A stretch of DNA of 64,000 nucleotides, taken from positions 5,926-69,925 of the forward strand of contig JAGLNJ010000051.1 of NCBI GenBank assembly GCA_023139575.1, in the 5' to 3' direction. Position numbers and translations under genes: made by a program. The stretch is from Candidatus Omnitrophota bacterium (GTDB taxonomy: Bacteria; Omnitrophota; Gorgyraeia; Zapsychrales; JANLHA01). The notes under the pieces are model-generated. The model searched no databases, was not told the origin of the DNA, and saw nothing but the letters and a program-made list of their open reading frames with translations. Below are positions 26,149-39,015 of the stretch, piece after piece; position 1 is the first letter of the stretch, and the number at the start of each line of letters is the position of its first letter.

Positions 26149-27126
26149 CTACTCCTCTAATAGTTTATCGTTAATATTCACGACCGTTTTATTTCGAAGC
26201 TCTTGAAGAGTTTCGTTGATTGTCTGTCTCTGCTTAAAAATCGTCAAACCTTCAACAATTTGCTCTTTCACGTCCTCAAAAGCCTTCTGCTCTCCACCTT
26301 TTTTCTCTTCCAGTTTAACAATATAAAAACCTTCCGGCCCTTTGAATACAGCGCTAACTTCGCCTGTTTCTAAAGCAGCGACGACTTTTCTCATTTTAGG
26401 GAAATCAAAAATAGCTTTGAACCCCATATCTCCTTTTTTCCAGGCAGACTTTGCCTTAGAGTGGGTCTTCACCATTTCTTGAAAATCTACGTCCTTATAT
26501 AGCTCAATGCGGATACTTTTTGCCGTTTCTTCATCTTTCACAACAATTTCCCGAACGCGCCATTCAACAGGATCAACAAATTCCGTTTTATTGTTTTCGT
26601 AATATCCCTCAGCTTCTTCTTCTGTCGCTTTTGCTTCTTTTACGATCTGGTCAGCCATTTCGCGAACGATAAGGGTGCGGCGGAACTCTTCCACAGCATC
26701 AACAATATCTTTTTTTTCTGCTATCCCGGTTTTTTCAGCCTCATGAACTATTAGTTGCTGATTGATAAGCTCTTCTAAAACCAGCTTGTTCTGATCAACA
26801 TTCTTTGTATCATAATCGGGCACCAGCTCTTTAAGAGCTTTAAGCCGTTCATTAAATTCTTCTATAGAAATCGCCCAACTGCCTACTGAGGCTAAGACAT
26901 TTTTTGCCATCGGCTTTGAGGCTTGATTAAATTTTTTTGATTTTATACCGGGAGGGTTGGTATTTGCCTGAGAAACTTTATTGCTTTGTGCCACTTCCGG
27001 GGCTGGTGGTTTTTTCTTGCCCTTTAGCTTATCGGTTAGCTCTGTAATCTTATCGCAACCTTGTGTGCTTGCCAGAATTAAGGTAAAAACACAAAAAAAA
27101 CCAATTTTTTGTTTAAATGCTGTCAC
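26149..27126 (-). CDS. PpiC-type peptidyl-prolyl cis-trans isomerase lipoprotein (PrsA/SurA-like)
   Basis: Lipobox LILASTQGC. Parvulin-like region ...WRVREIVVKDEETAKSI...GDMGF...FKGPEGFYIVKLEEKKG. It is the first gene of the operon, 4 nt before cpaB. Confidence 0.65.
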   Translation of the reverse strand: MTAFKQKIGFFCVFTLILASTQGCDKITELTDKLKGKKKPPAPEVAQSNKVSQANTNPPGIKSKKFNQASKPMAKNVLASVGSWAISIEEFNERLKALKELVPDYDTKNVDQNKLVLEELINQQLIVHEAEKTGIAEKKDIVDAVEEFRRTLIVREMADQIVKEAKATEEEAEGYYENNKTEFVDPVEWRVREIVVKDEETAKSIRIELYKDVDFQEMVKTHSKAKSAWKKGDMGFKAIFDFPKMRKVVAALETGEVSAVFKGPEGFYIVKLEEKKGGEQKAFEDVKEQIVEGLTIFKQRQTINETLQELRNKTVVNINDKLLEE

Positions 27127-27395
27127 AAAGACCTCCTTTTAAGGCATATTTGTAAGTATAACTTTTATATATTTAAAAAACAAGTAAATTCCCGTTTTTT
27201 TTGCATTAATGCATTTTATCTAACAAGTTGTGACTTATCGGTTTGCCTGATTTTCAGAAAGCGCTTTCTTATTTATTCCAAAATATAACATCAAAGGTTT
27301 TCCTTAATAGTCCTCTTCCGCAATCAGTTGATTTGATTTTTCTTCCAAAATTTGTTAATTTATCAATTAATTCAAGGCCTTCTCCTATATTACGC

Positions 27396-28202
27396 CTACC
27401 GCTCATTTAGTCGGTTCATCGGCAAACGGCGTCTTGCCTTCATAACGTTTTCTTTAAATATTTGACAATAAACAACTTGCTCTTTCCTCGCAGACGCTTT
27501 AACCAAAATATTACCCCAAGGGTCTATAACCATACTATGCCCGTACGCCCAAATCCCCCGCCCTCCTTGTCCTGCTTGATTAGGGGCTAGGACATAACAT
27601 TGGTTTTCAATAGCTCGGGCCCGTAACAAAGGCTCCCAATGAGTCTCACCTGTCTTTTGTGTAAAAGCCGCCGGAACGGCCAAGACATGACATCCTTTTT
27701 TTAAGTAAAACTGATACATTCCCGGAAAGCGCAGATCATAACAAATTGACATCCCCACCTTGAGGGTGTCCGCCGCAACAAACGTCTTTCTTTTTCCGGG
27801 AGTCATATAATTGGCTTCATTAATTTTTTTATTTCCTATGCGCGCTTTAAAAAGATTGTTTTTGCGATATCGCGCTATGATTTTTCCTCGTCGGTCGATA
27901 AAAACTGATGTATTGTAAAGAGCCTTGCTGCTGCTATCCTTTTCATAAACGGACCCTGCCAAAATATAAATCTTATGCTCTCGGGCAATCTGCATAAGTG
28001 GTTCCAGGGACTGTCCGGGAATCTTCTCAGCGACGTTATTTAAAATATGCCTTTTCCCCGTCTTGCCTCGATAGTGAAAAACTTCCGGCAATAAAACAAA
28101 CTCCGCTCTTTGCCGAACCGCTTTTGTCACAAAAGAAACCGCTTTGGCAATATTCTTCGCCTTATCTTTTCCGGCGTTCATTTGTACAAGCGCAATTTTC
28201 AT
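27396..28202 (-). CDS. Carbon-nitrogen hydrolase family protein (nitrilase/amidase superfamily)
   Basis: MKIALVQMN...FVLLPEVF...ICYDLRFP... is the CN-hydrolase Glu-Lys-Cys triad context. Confidence 0.75.
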   Translation of the reverse strand: MKIALVQMNAGKDKAKNIAKAVSFVTKAVRQRAEFVLLPEVFHYRGKTGKRHILNNVAEKIPGQSLEPLMQIAREHKIYILAGSVYEKDSSSKALYNTSVFIDRRGKIIARYRKNNLFKARIGNKKINEANYMTPGKRKTFVAADTLKVGMSICYDLRFPGMYQFYLKKGCHVLAVPAAFTQKTGETHWEPLLRARAIENQCYVLAPNQAGQGGRGIWAYGHSMVIDPWGNILVKASARKEQVVYCQIFKENVMKARRRLPMNRLNER

Positions 28203-28858
28203 TGCTTTTTTCCCGACGATATCATTTTTTTATATGTTTCGCCGTATTCCTCATAACATTTGGTATAAAACTCCTGCTGGCGCAATTTATTACGCCAGGC
28301 AACGAGGCGTGAATACGGCGTAATATCAAGCTTGGCTAATTCCACTGGGTCGAGAGTGGCCAACAAATTAATATCGGCCAATGATATTGTGTCTCCCGGC
28401 AGGTAGGGGTGATGTTTTAAACTGTTTTCCACCGCTGGTAAAAACCTGTTAAAAAAGTTCACGCCGTCTTGTTCCGAGCGTTTGTCAACCTCAACCGGAA
28501 TAATCGGGGCGAACAATCTATTGAACGCCACCTTGTTTATCGCCCCCCCGATATGCATTGAAACAAAATCAAGCCATTGATCAATGAGGCTTCGGGGTTT
28601 TAGCTCCTGCGGATATAGCCCGCTTTGCTTTTTATGACAGAGGTATCTGCAAATCGAGTTGCTTTCAAACAAAACAAATCCATCGTCCTCAATAACAGGA
28701 ACCTTTCCCGCCGGGTGCATGCGTAAATATTCGGCTGTGCGGGTTTCCCCGTCTTTTACTTTTACGCGGACATAATCATATTCTATGTTGAGTAAATTAG
28801 CCACAAATCGCACTTTATTCGACGAAGTGGACAAATCAGCCCCATAAATCTTTAACAT
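28199..28858 (-). CDS. Glutathione S-transferase family protein
   Basis: MLKIYGADLSTSSNKVRFVANLLNIEYDYVRV...GKVPVIEDDGFVLFESNSICRYL (GST N-terminal thioredoxin-like) plus a GST C-terminal helical domain. Start placed at the ATG at 28858, preceded by GGAGG; the track ORF extends to 28954. Confidence 0.7.
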   Translation of the reverse strand: MLKIYGADLSTSSNKVRFVANLLNIEYDYVRVKVKDGETRTAEYLRMHPAGKVPVIEDDGFVLFESNSICRYLCHKKQSGLYPQELKPRSLIDQWLDFVSMHIGGAINKVAFNRLFAPIIPVEVDKRSEQDGVNFFNRFLPAVENSLKHHPYLPGDTISLADINLLATLDPVELAKLDITPYSRLVAWRNKLRQQEFYTKCYEEYGETYKKMISSGKKQ

Positions 28859-29147
28859 TATTTTTCCCTCCTGAGGTTTTTTGTTATTATTCCTAATATA
28901 TAACGCTAAGGCAAGTACTAATGACAATTTTATTGGTTTTCCCTTATTTTCCAAAAAGGAATTCTTATCCCAAAATTACTGGCGCATGATTATGTGTTGC
29001 TTGTCAAAGCAGCCCTCTTTGACGAAAATTTTTTCTCGCTTTGAATATCTTTCCGCTTGTAAATGTTCTTCATAAAATATAGAATAAGTAATGCTCCCGT
29101 GCCAATAAAAACAATCTTCGAGAACCTGATATGAAAACGTAGAACTT

Positions 29148-29759
29148 GTGAATATACCTCAAATCAAAAATTTCACCAGCCACGAATCGATGACCAGCAC
29201 TATACAAACGGATCCTTTGGCATACCGCTGGTTCGCCTTTCTCATCATGCAACCTGCCGTAATTTCCCAATTGTCGTTGGAGAATGAAAACGCGGTGCTA
29301 TACAAAAATCTAAAAAAAACGGTTTTAAAACAAAAACTTTTACACCTGATCCTTTTTTTTGTTCTAATGGCGGGAACGATCGCGCAACAATATGCGCTAT
29401 ACACATTATCGTTTTTTTTCTTTTATCCAAACTGGAAATTCAGTCATAGCAAACGGCATTTAGTTTCACAAATCAGCATGAAAATCATCAACCGGGATTT
29501 TACAGAGCCAAATCTAAAAAAATCAACTTTTTTTCAAATATGTGAAAAATACAGCCGGGACTACAGCATCCCTTCTTTCGTTGATAAAACCTATATTTCA
29601 GACAAGATCTTGAGATATACGGCGCTTGTCACTATCATTACATTAATTCTTATTCGGCCAGTGCCGTCCGTCTTGTTTTTCTTCATTGCCTTCTTTTGTG
29701 TTTACATCCTCATCCGCATTATTTTAAACACGGATTTCTTTTACCGTGTCTTAAAATAA
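29148..29759 (+). CDS. Hypothetical membrane protein (203 aa)
   Basis: ORF with several hydrophobic segments; no motif recognised; AT-rich; could be spurious. Confidence 0.3.
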   Translation: MNIPQIKNFTSHESMTSTIQTDPLAYRWFAFLIMQPAVISQLSLENENAVLYKNLKKTVLKQKLLHLILFFVLMAGTIAQQYALYTLSFFFFYPNWKFSHSKRHLVSQISMKIINRDFTEPNLKKSTFFQICEKYSRDYSIPSFVDKTYISDKILRYTALVTIITLILIRPVPSVLFFFIAFFCVYILIRIILNTDFFYRVLK

Positions 29760-30031
29760 ATCGATGGATCAAACTTGCACAAATAAAAAGGGAGTTAGAC
29801 GCCTTGAATAGTTGGACGTCTTCGATCCATAAAACGCTATTTAGTACTATATAATACTCCCGCAAGCAAATTTAGCATGGGCAGTTAGTGGACATTTAGC
29901 GTTCCAACTCTAGCCAAAACCTGCCAACGGCTGCCAAACCCCTTTTTCCAACATCACATGTTCTCGTCGGTATTTATCCCTAAAACCAAAAAACCATGCA
30001 GTTATATGCCACATGGCTTCCCTTAAAAAAA

Positions 30032-30105
30032 CGACCCCAGCGGGATTTGAACCCGCGTCGCGAGCTTGAAAAGCTCGTGTCCTGACCAGGCTAGACGATG
30101 GGGTC
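30032..30105 (-). tRNA. tRNA-Glu (anticodon UUC)
   Basis: Reverse complement GACCCCATCGTCTAGCCTGGTCAGGACACGAGCTTTTCAAGCTCGCGACGCGGGTTCAAATCCCGCTGGGGTCG. Cloverleaf with anticodon stem CGAGC/GCTCG and loop TTTTCAA. Confidence 0.8.
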
Positions 30106-30242
30106 TTAAATATCTTTTCTTAAATTAAATAAGTATTATAGTTAATTTACTTTGTCGGTCAAGGAAAAAATTGTGCTCTGAAAATTGTTGCCCCACTCCT
30201 CGTTTTAAGGCTGGCTTGACTTTTCTCCTGCAACTAACAGAT

Positions 30243-32693
30243 TTATTCTTCCTTGGCCACAACGTTCGCGACAGACATAACCTTATCATCTTTTTTCAAA
30301 TTCAGCAATTTTACGCCCTGTGTGCTACGCGATGATTGGCGGATATCTTTTGTCGAGCATCGGACGATCATGCCGTTCTTCGTAACGGTCATGATTTCGT
30401 CTTCTCCCATGACCGCCAAAACTCCTACAACAAGGCCGTTTTTTTCCGTGGTTTTCAAATTAATGATGCCTTTCCCTCCTCTTGACTGCACGCGGTAAGC
30501 GCTGAACTCAGACCGTTTCGCATAGCCAAGCGACGACACAGTCAAAAGAGTGCTTCCTGTCTTGGAAATATCCGAGGGGAAAACCTGCATGCTGACAACA
30601 ATATCCGTCTTCCCCAGCCTTATCCCTCTAACCCCTCGAGCGGAACGTCCCATATCCCGGATCTGCCTTTCAGAAAATCTCAGAGACTTTCCTTCCTTTG
30701 TGGCGAGCAGGATTTCGAACTTCCCATTGCTTATGGCCGTCCCTATAAGCTCGTCACCTTTATCAAGCGAAATCCCTACAATGCCGCCCTTGCGGGGATT
30801 GCTAAAAGCCGACAGCTTTGTTTTTTTGACGTTTCCTCTGGCGGTCGCCATAACAATGGACTGATCTTCTGGGAAATCTTTAACAGCAACTATTGAGCTG
30901 ATGCTCTCATTATTCTTCATGGAAAGCAGATTAACGATCGCTTTGCCCTTAGAGCTGCGTGAGGCTATGGGTATTTCATAGACCTTCAGCCAGCGGATTA
31001 TCCCCTGATTTGAAAAAATCAGGAGATAATCTTTTGAGGAGGCAACGAAAATTTGCCTGACAAAGTCCTCCTCTTTGGTGGTCATCGCCGTTACTCCTTT
31101 ACCGCCCCTCTTTTGACGGCGGTAGGAGCCAACCCCCAATCTTTTAATATAGCCGGTATTGCTAATTGTAATGGCCATGTCCTCTTCGGCGATCAGATCC
31201 TCCATCTCGATCTCCTCGGCCTTAGCGGCAATCTCCGTCCTTCTTTCGTCGCCGTATTTTTTCTTCACAGCAACGAGCTCATCCTTAATGATGCCGTCAA
31301 TCATTTTTTCTGAAGCAAGAATAGCCCGGTAACGATCAATATCTTTTAAAAGCGTTTTGTATTCCTCGTCTATCTTGCTGCGCTCCAAAGCGGTCAGACG
31401 CTGCAGCTGCATCTCCAAAATGGCCTGCGACTGGATCTCGCTGAGCTTAAAGTTTTTCATCAATTTCACCTTGGCCTCTACCGTGCTTTTGGATGAGCGG
31501 ATCAGGCGAATAATTTCATCAATATGATCAATGGCGATCTTTAGGCCTTCCAAGATGTGCGCCCGTTTTAAAGCTCGATCCAGGTTAAATTGCGTCCTGC
31601 GGCGTATGATGATGCGGCGATGCTTTATGTAATGATTTATTAGCTGCTTTATGTTTAAAATACGCGGGCTGTTGTTAACCAGGGCCAAATTGATAATGCC
31701 GAAAGTTGTTTCCAGCTGAGTATGTTTATAAAGATAATTTAAAACAATCTGCGGCTGGACATCGCGGCGCAATTCAATAACAACGCGGATGCCGTCTTTA
31801 TCTGATTCATCGCGAATATCTGTCACGCCGTCTACGCTTTTATTCTGAACCAAAGAAGCTATCGTTGTGATAAGGTTAGCTTTATTTACTTGATACGGGA
31901 GCTCTGTAATAATAATGGTATCTTTATTGCCCTTTTGGCGCTCGATAGCGGCACGCGCCCGCAAGGTGACCTTGCCCCTTCCTGTTGTATAGGCATTCGT
32001 TATGCCTTCTCTTCCACAGATGATCCCTCCCGTGGGGAAGTCCGGCCCTTTAACAATTTTATTTAAATCTTTTACCGTGGCTTCTGGATTATCAATTAAA
32101 TGCGTGGTGCCATCAATAACTTCCCCCAGATTATGCGGCGGCATATTAGTGGCCATACCGACGGCAATACCACTCGACCCGTTAATCAAAAGGTTCGGGA
32201 TGGCCGAAGGCAGGACTTGAGGTTCTTTCAGGGTGGCATCAAAATTAGGATTGTAATCAACCGTATTTTTTTCGATATCAGTCAGCATTTCTCCGGATAT
32301 CGAAGCCAGCCGTGCTTCCGTATAACGCATAGCCGCCGCGGAATCGCCATCAACAGAACCAAAGTTTCCCTGGCCGTCGATCAAAGGATACCGTAAAGAA
32401 AACTCCTGCACCATGCGCACCATGGTGTCATAAACGGCAGAGTCGCCATGAGGATGATACTTACCTAAAACCTCACCGACAATACGGGCGCTTTTCTTAT
32501 AAGGTTTGCTGTGTTCCAGATTAAGCTCTTTCATCGCATACAAAATGCGGCGGTGAACTGGTTTCAACCCATCGCGAACATCCGGCAGGGCTCGCCCGAC
32601 TATAACGCTCATCGAATACGCGAGGTAAGACCTCTTCATCTCCTCTTCAATATTGACAGGTATTATTTTCTCTTTTATTGACAGGCTATTCAT
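30243..32693 (-). CDS. gyrA: DNA gyrase subunit A
   Basis: 816 aa; [30 protein letters not shown]; active-site tyrosine region ...[11 protein letters not shown]; C-terminal beta-pinwheel repeats. Confidence 0.95.
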   Translation of the reverse strand: MNSLSIKEKIIPVNIEEEMKRSYLAYSMSVIVGRALPDVRDGLKPVHRRILYAMKELNLEHSKPYKKSARIVGEVLGKYHPHGDSAVYDTMVRMVQEFSLRYPLIDGQGNFGSVDGDSAAAMRYTEARLASISGEMLTDIEKNTVDYNPNFDATLKEPQVLPSAIPNLLINGSSGIAVGMATNMPPHNLGEVIDGTTHLIDNPEATVKDLNKIVKGPDFPTGGIICGREGITNAYTTGRGKVTLRARAAIERQKGNKDTIIITELPYQVNKANLITTIASLVQNKSVDGVTDIRDESDKDGIRVVIELRRDVQPQIVLNYLYKHTQLETTFGIINLALVNNSPRILNIKQLINHYIKHRRIIIRRRTQFNLDRALKRAHILEGLKIAIDHIDEIIRLIRSSKSTVEAKVKLMKNFKLSEIQSQAILEMQLQRLTALERSKIDEEYKTLLKDIDRYRAILASEKMIDGIIKDELVAVKKKYGDERRTEIAAKAEEIEMEDLIAEEDMAITISNTGYIKRLGVGSYRRQKRGGKGVTAMTTKEEDFVRQIFVASSKDYLLIFSNQGIIRWLKVYEIPIASRSSKGKAIVNLLSMKNNESISSIVAVKDFPEDQSIVMATARGNVKKTKLSAFSNPRKGGIVGISLDKGDELIGTAISNGKFEILLATKEGKSLRFSERQIRDMGRSARGVRGIRLGKTDIVVSMQVFPSDISKTGSTLLTVSSLGYAKRSEFSAYRVQSRGGKGIINLKTTEKNGLVVGVLAVMGEDEIMTVTKNGMIVRCSTKDIRQSSRSTQGVKLLNLKKDDKVMSVANVVAKEE

Positions 32694-32756
32694 ATATAAG
32701 CGACCTTTCCTTATTAGCTGAAACTTCCGGCCTTCCTGCGTCCGTTCCGGCAGGCG

Positions 32757-35539
<2,783 letters not shown>

Positions 35540-35566
35540 GTTTTTTTAAATTCTTTTTTTGGTTCT

Positions 35567-36658
35567 TTAAATCTTCATCGGTAGCGCTAAATAGAGATAT
35601 TCTTCTAACCGAATAACCGCCGCTTTATCTGGCCCTAATAACTCTAAATTAATACTTTCTTCATTATTAATGGTTTTCAACATATCAATAAAAAACTGGG
35701 GATTAAAGCCCACAACCATCTCTTTCCCTCCGTAATTTATAGAAACTTCCTCTCTCGACTCACCTACATCAGGTGTTATTTTAGAAACAACGAGTTTATT
35801 GGAAAACAACTCAAATTTTATTGCCTGAAAATCGGGCGTAGCTAATAAATTCGCCCTGCGAATAGCGCTTAAAAATTCTTGCGTGTTAATTTTTATAGGT
35901 TGTGCTGACGCGTTCGGAATAACTTGATTATAATCAGGAAAATCCCCCTCAATAATACGGGTGGCGATCAAGACGCCTTCAATATCAAATAAGACCTGGT
36001 TTGTTCCGGGTATAAAAGAAATATCCCCGTCATCCCCCAAATTCCTATATATCTCTTGAACCGCTTTTAAAGGAATGATGACAGAAATTTGTTTTTTTAC
36101 TGGGGACATTAGTTTTTTTTCTATTTTGGCTAATCTTCTTCCATCTGTTGCCACTAGCCTAATATTATTTTGATCTATTTCCAACAAAAGCCCATTCAAT
36201 ATATAGCGGGATTCTTCATGTGAAACAGCAAAGGACGTCAAGCGCAGCATTTCTTTAAAAACAGATTGCTTGATTTTCACAGCTTCTCTGTCTTTGAATT
36301 CTGGAAACTTCGGGAATTCATCTTTTGGCAACCCTATCAGTTTAAAACGGCATTTATTTCCTTCAATATCTATCTGGTTATTTTTCTTGGCGCTAATTAA
36401 GATATCCCCAGATGGAGACTCACGAATGATGTCACTAAACCTCTTTGCGGGAATAGTTATTGCCCCTTCTTCAATCTTTTCCACAGGTATTTCACACGAA
36501 ATTCCTATATCTAAATCGGTTGTATTTAACCTTATCATATCTTTCTGAGTCTCCAACAACATGTTTGAAAGAATGGGTAAAACCGCTTTTGCGGATACAA
36601 TATTTTGTACCACTTGAATTCCTTCTAATAGATTATCTTTGGTAACTTTTATCTTCAT
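35567..36658 (-). CDS. dnaN: DNA polymerase III beta subunit (sliding clamp)
   Basis: 363 aa; MKIKVTKDNLLEGIQVVQNIVSAKAVLPILSNMLLE is a typical DnaN N-terminus; located downstream of dnaA. Confidence 0.9.
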   Translation of the reverse strand: MKIKVTKDNLLEGIQVVQNIVSAKAVLPILSNMLLETQKDMIRLNTTDLDIGISCEIPVEKIEEGAITIPAKRFSDIIRESPSGDILISAKKNNQIDIEGNKCRFKLIGLPKDEFPKFPEFKDREAVKIKQSVFKEMLRLTSFAVSHEESRYILNGLLLEIDQNNIRLVATDGRRLAKIEKKLMSPVKKQISVIIPLKAVQEIYRNLGDDGDISFIPGTNQVLFDIEGVLIATRIIEGDFPDYNQVIPNASAQPIKINTQEFLSAIRRANLLATPDFQAIKFELFSNKLVVSKITPDVGESREEVSINYGGKEMVVGFNPQFFIDMLKTINNEESINLELLGPDKAAVIRLEEYLYLALPMKI

Positions 36659-36739
36659 TTTCCCCTCTTTTTCTTTTGACTACTATTACTTTATTATTAA
36701 TAAAAACGCTTTAATGCTAACAGTAGTTGTAATAGGTGT

Positions 36740-36748
36740 TGTGGATAA
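36740..36748 (-). promoter_or_regulatory. Consensus DnaA box (TTATCCACA on the minus strand) in the dnaA-dnaN spacer
   Basis: Plus-strand tgtggataa is an exact reverse complement of TTATCCACA. Confidence 0.6.
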
Positions 36749-36827
36749 GTTGAACAAGATTAAAAGTTTTTTAATAGCAGTTAGTTATAAAAATTCCCAA
36801 TGTTACTTTCTTATGTAAAAAAAATAA

Positions 36828-38171
36828 TTACTGTTTTAAAGATGTGGTTAACTTCTCGACAGTGTTTCTTAATTCTCTATTATCCTGAATTTCTTTATTA
36901 ATTTTTCGACAAGAATGCATAATGGTCGTATGATCTTTCCCCCCAAAAGCATTACCAATTTCAGGAAAAGAAGAATTTGTAAGCTGCCGCGTTAAAAACA
37001 TCGCGATTTGTCGCGGCAGAATAATATTTCTGCTTCTTCTCTTTCCTTTAAGGTCAGACAAGCTAATATGAAATAAATCCGAAACGGATTTTTGTATCAT
37101 TTCAATACTGATCGTTTTTACGGTTTGTTTAACCATATCCTTCAAGACCACTTTTGCCATATCTAAATGAATCTGCTTTTCTTCCAACAGGGAATAAGCA
37201 ACTACCCGAATTAATGCCCCTTCCAATTCACGGATATTAGTTTTTATTTGATCAGCAATAAAATCAATCACGTTATCCGGAATAACAACAGATTCTCGCT
37301 CACTTTTCTTTCTTAATATAGCCACGCGCGTTTCAAAATCTGGAGGTTGGATATCGGTAATAAGACCCCACGCAAAACGGGACCGTAAACGCTCTTCAAG
37401 ATTGGAGATCTCTTGAGGTGGACGATCCGAGCAGATAATAATTTGTTTTCGGCTGTTATGTAAGGCATTAAAAGTGTGAAAAAACTCCTCTTGGGTGGAT
37501 TCTTTGCCGGCTATAAAGTGAATGTCGTCGATGAGCAACACATCCATATTACGATATTTTTGTCTAAATTGAGGTGTTGAGCGGTGGCGAATAGCATTAA
37601 TGAGTTCATTAGTGAATTTTTCAGAGGACAAATAAACACATTTAGCGTCTGGATGAATGCTTTTGATATGATGTGTGATTGACTGCATTAAATGCGTTTT
37701 CCCTAAACCGACCTGCCCGTATATAAATAAAGGATTGTATGCTTTGGACGGTGATTCAGCGACAGCTTGACTGGCAGCGTAAGCAAAACGGTTAGAGGGT
37801 CCAACGACAAAGCTTTCAAAAGTAAAACGCTTATTTAAATTAATATCTTCCCTGTTAGTCGTCCTCTTCACTAGAATGTTTGTTTCTATAGGGGAAAGTA
37901 TTTGTGTGTTTTGAGGGTTGTTTAATTCAGGATTGATATCGAATTCGATATTAATTTTTTGAGATAGGTCTGTATTGACGTGTTTATTAATAATTTTATA
38001 AAAGTGCTCAATGATCCAGTTTTTATAGAACTCGTCGGGAGTTTCAATTATTATTGTATCAGGTTTTTTTTCCTTAACATTAAGAGAAGCAAACCATGTA
38101 TCATATGATGATGCCCCAATCGCATCTTTAATAATAGGTTGCGCTTTTTGCCAATTATCCAGTAATTCCAT
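36828..38171 (-). CDS. dnaA: Chromosomal replication initiator DnaA
   Basis: 447 aa; AAA+ motifs NPLFIYGQVGLGKTHLMQ, DVLLIDDIHF; C-terminal DNA-binding domain ...HTTIMHSCRKI. Confidence 0.95.
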   Translation of the reverse strand: MELLDNWQKAQPIIKDAIGASSYDTWFASLNVKEKKPDTIIIETPDEFYKNWIIEHFYKIINKHVNTDLSQKINIEFDINPELNNPQNTQILSPIETNILVKRTTNREDINLNKRFTFESFVVGPSNRFAYAASQAVAESPSKAYNPLFIYGQVGLGKTHLMQSITHHIKSIHPDAKCVYLSSEKFTNELINAIRHRSTPQFRQKYRNMDVLLIDDIHFIAGKESTQEEFFHTFNALHNSRKQIIICSDRPPQEISNLEERLRSRFAWGLITDIQPPDFETRVAILRKKSERESVVIPDNVIDFIADQIKTNIRELEGALIRVVAYSLLEEKQIHLDMAKVVLKDMVKQTVKTISIEMIQKSVSDLFHISLSDLKGKRRSRNIILPRQIAMFLTRQLTNSSFPEIGNAFGGKDHTTIMHSCRKINKEIQDNRELRNTVEKLTTSLKQ

Positions 38172-38637
38172 AATTTTTGAAATAAAAAAGTGTTTTTAAA
38201 AAAAAGATTTGTTGACAAGAACAACGAGTTGTTAACATGTCAGTAATCCCTCAAAGTGTTTCATATCAACTGTTTGTGTTTTTGGTAAATCTAAATTAAC
38301 AAGTTTTCCACAGGGCTGGTTAACAACTGCAACTTAGGGTTTGACAAAAATCCTTTTTGAATAGTGAGAAGCCACCAATAAAAAAACGCAAAATATCAAG
38401 TGATAAAAAAGTGTCTTTATTATATCAGACAAAATTTTTAATTCAACTTAAAAGATGCAATATTCCTAAATAAGAAGAAAATAAACGCCCAAAAAAGGCT
38501 ATAAATAAAACTAAAAATGTCATCGACTATTTTTGTTTATTATACATACATAAATAGTTAAAAATAAGTAACTTTAGAGCCTATAAAAAAATGAAAAAGC
38601 TTGACTATGAAATCGACTATGATATAATTTACCAACC
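38172..38637. other. Candidate oriC region (AT-rich divergent spacer between dnaA and rpmH)
   Basis: 466-bp AT-rich non-coding spacer between divergent dnaA and rpmH. One near-consensus DnaA box TTTTCCACA at 38304-38312, plus A-tracts. The classic location of bacterial oriC. Confidence 0.45.
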
Positions 38638-38775
38638 ATGAAGAAGAATTTAACAACTCCAACGATACTAAAAGGTAAAAGAAAGCACGGCTTTCGCAAA
38701 AGGATGTCTACATCTGATGGGCAAGACACGATCAAAAGGCGCCGCGCTAAAGGGAGAAAAAGGCTAGCTAAATAA
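38638..38775 (+). CDS. rpmH: 50S ribosomal protein L34
   Basis: 45-aa [48 protein letters not shown] (below the ORF-track size cutoff), a typical L34. Confidence 0.8.
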   Translation: MKKNLTTPTILKGKRKHGFRKRMSTSDGQDTIKRRRAKGRKRLAK

Positions 38776-38801
38776 GATCATCCTTTGCCTGCGACTACCC
38801 A

Positions 38802-39011
38802 ATGAAGTGTTTAATTATTTCATTAATTCATATATACCAAGCATTTAGCCGTATTCTTCTGCCGAGAAGGTGTCGTTTCCACCCCTCATGTTCTACCTAC
38901 GCTATACAAACCATTGAAAAATATGGGCTTATAAAAGGAACCTTTAAATCTGTTAAACGGGTTATCAGATGTTCGCCTCTTTCTGATGGCGGATATGATC
39001 CAGTAAGGTGA
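38802..39011 (+). CDS. yidD: Membrane protein insertion efficiency factor YidD
   Basis: 69 aa; LLPRRCRFHPSCSTYAIQTIEKYG is the conserved C-[RK]-[FY]-x-P-[ST]-CS-x-Y YidD motif; precedes yidC. Confidence 0.8.
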   Translation: MKCLIISLIHIYQAFSRILLPRRCRFHPSCSTYAIQTIEKYGLIKGTFKSVKRVIRCSPLSDGGYDPVR

Positions 39012-39015
39012 TTTT

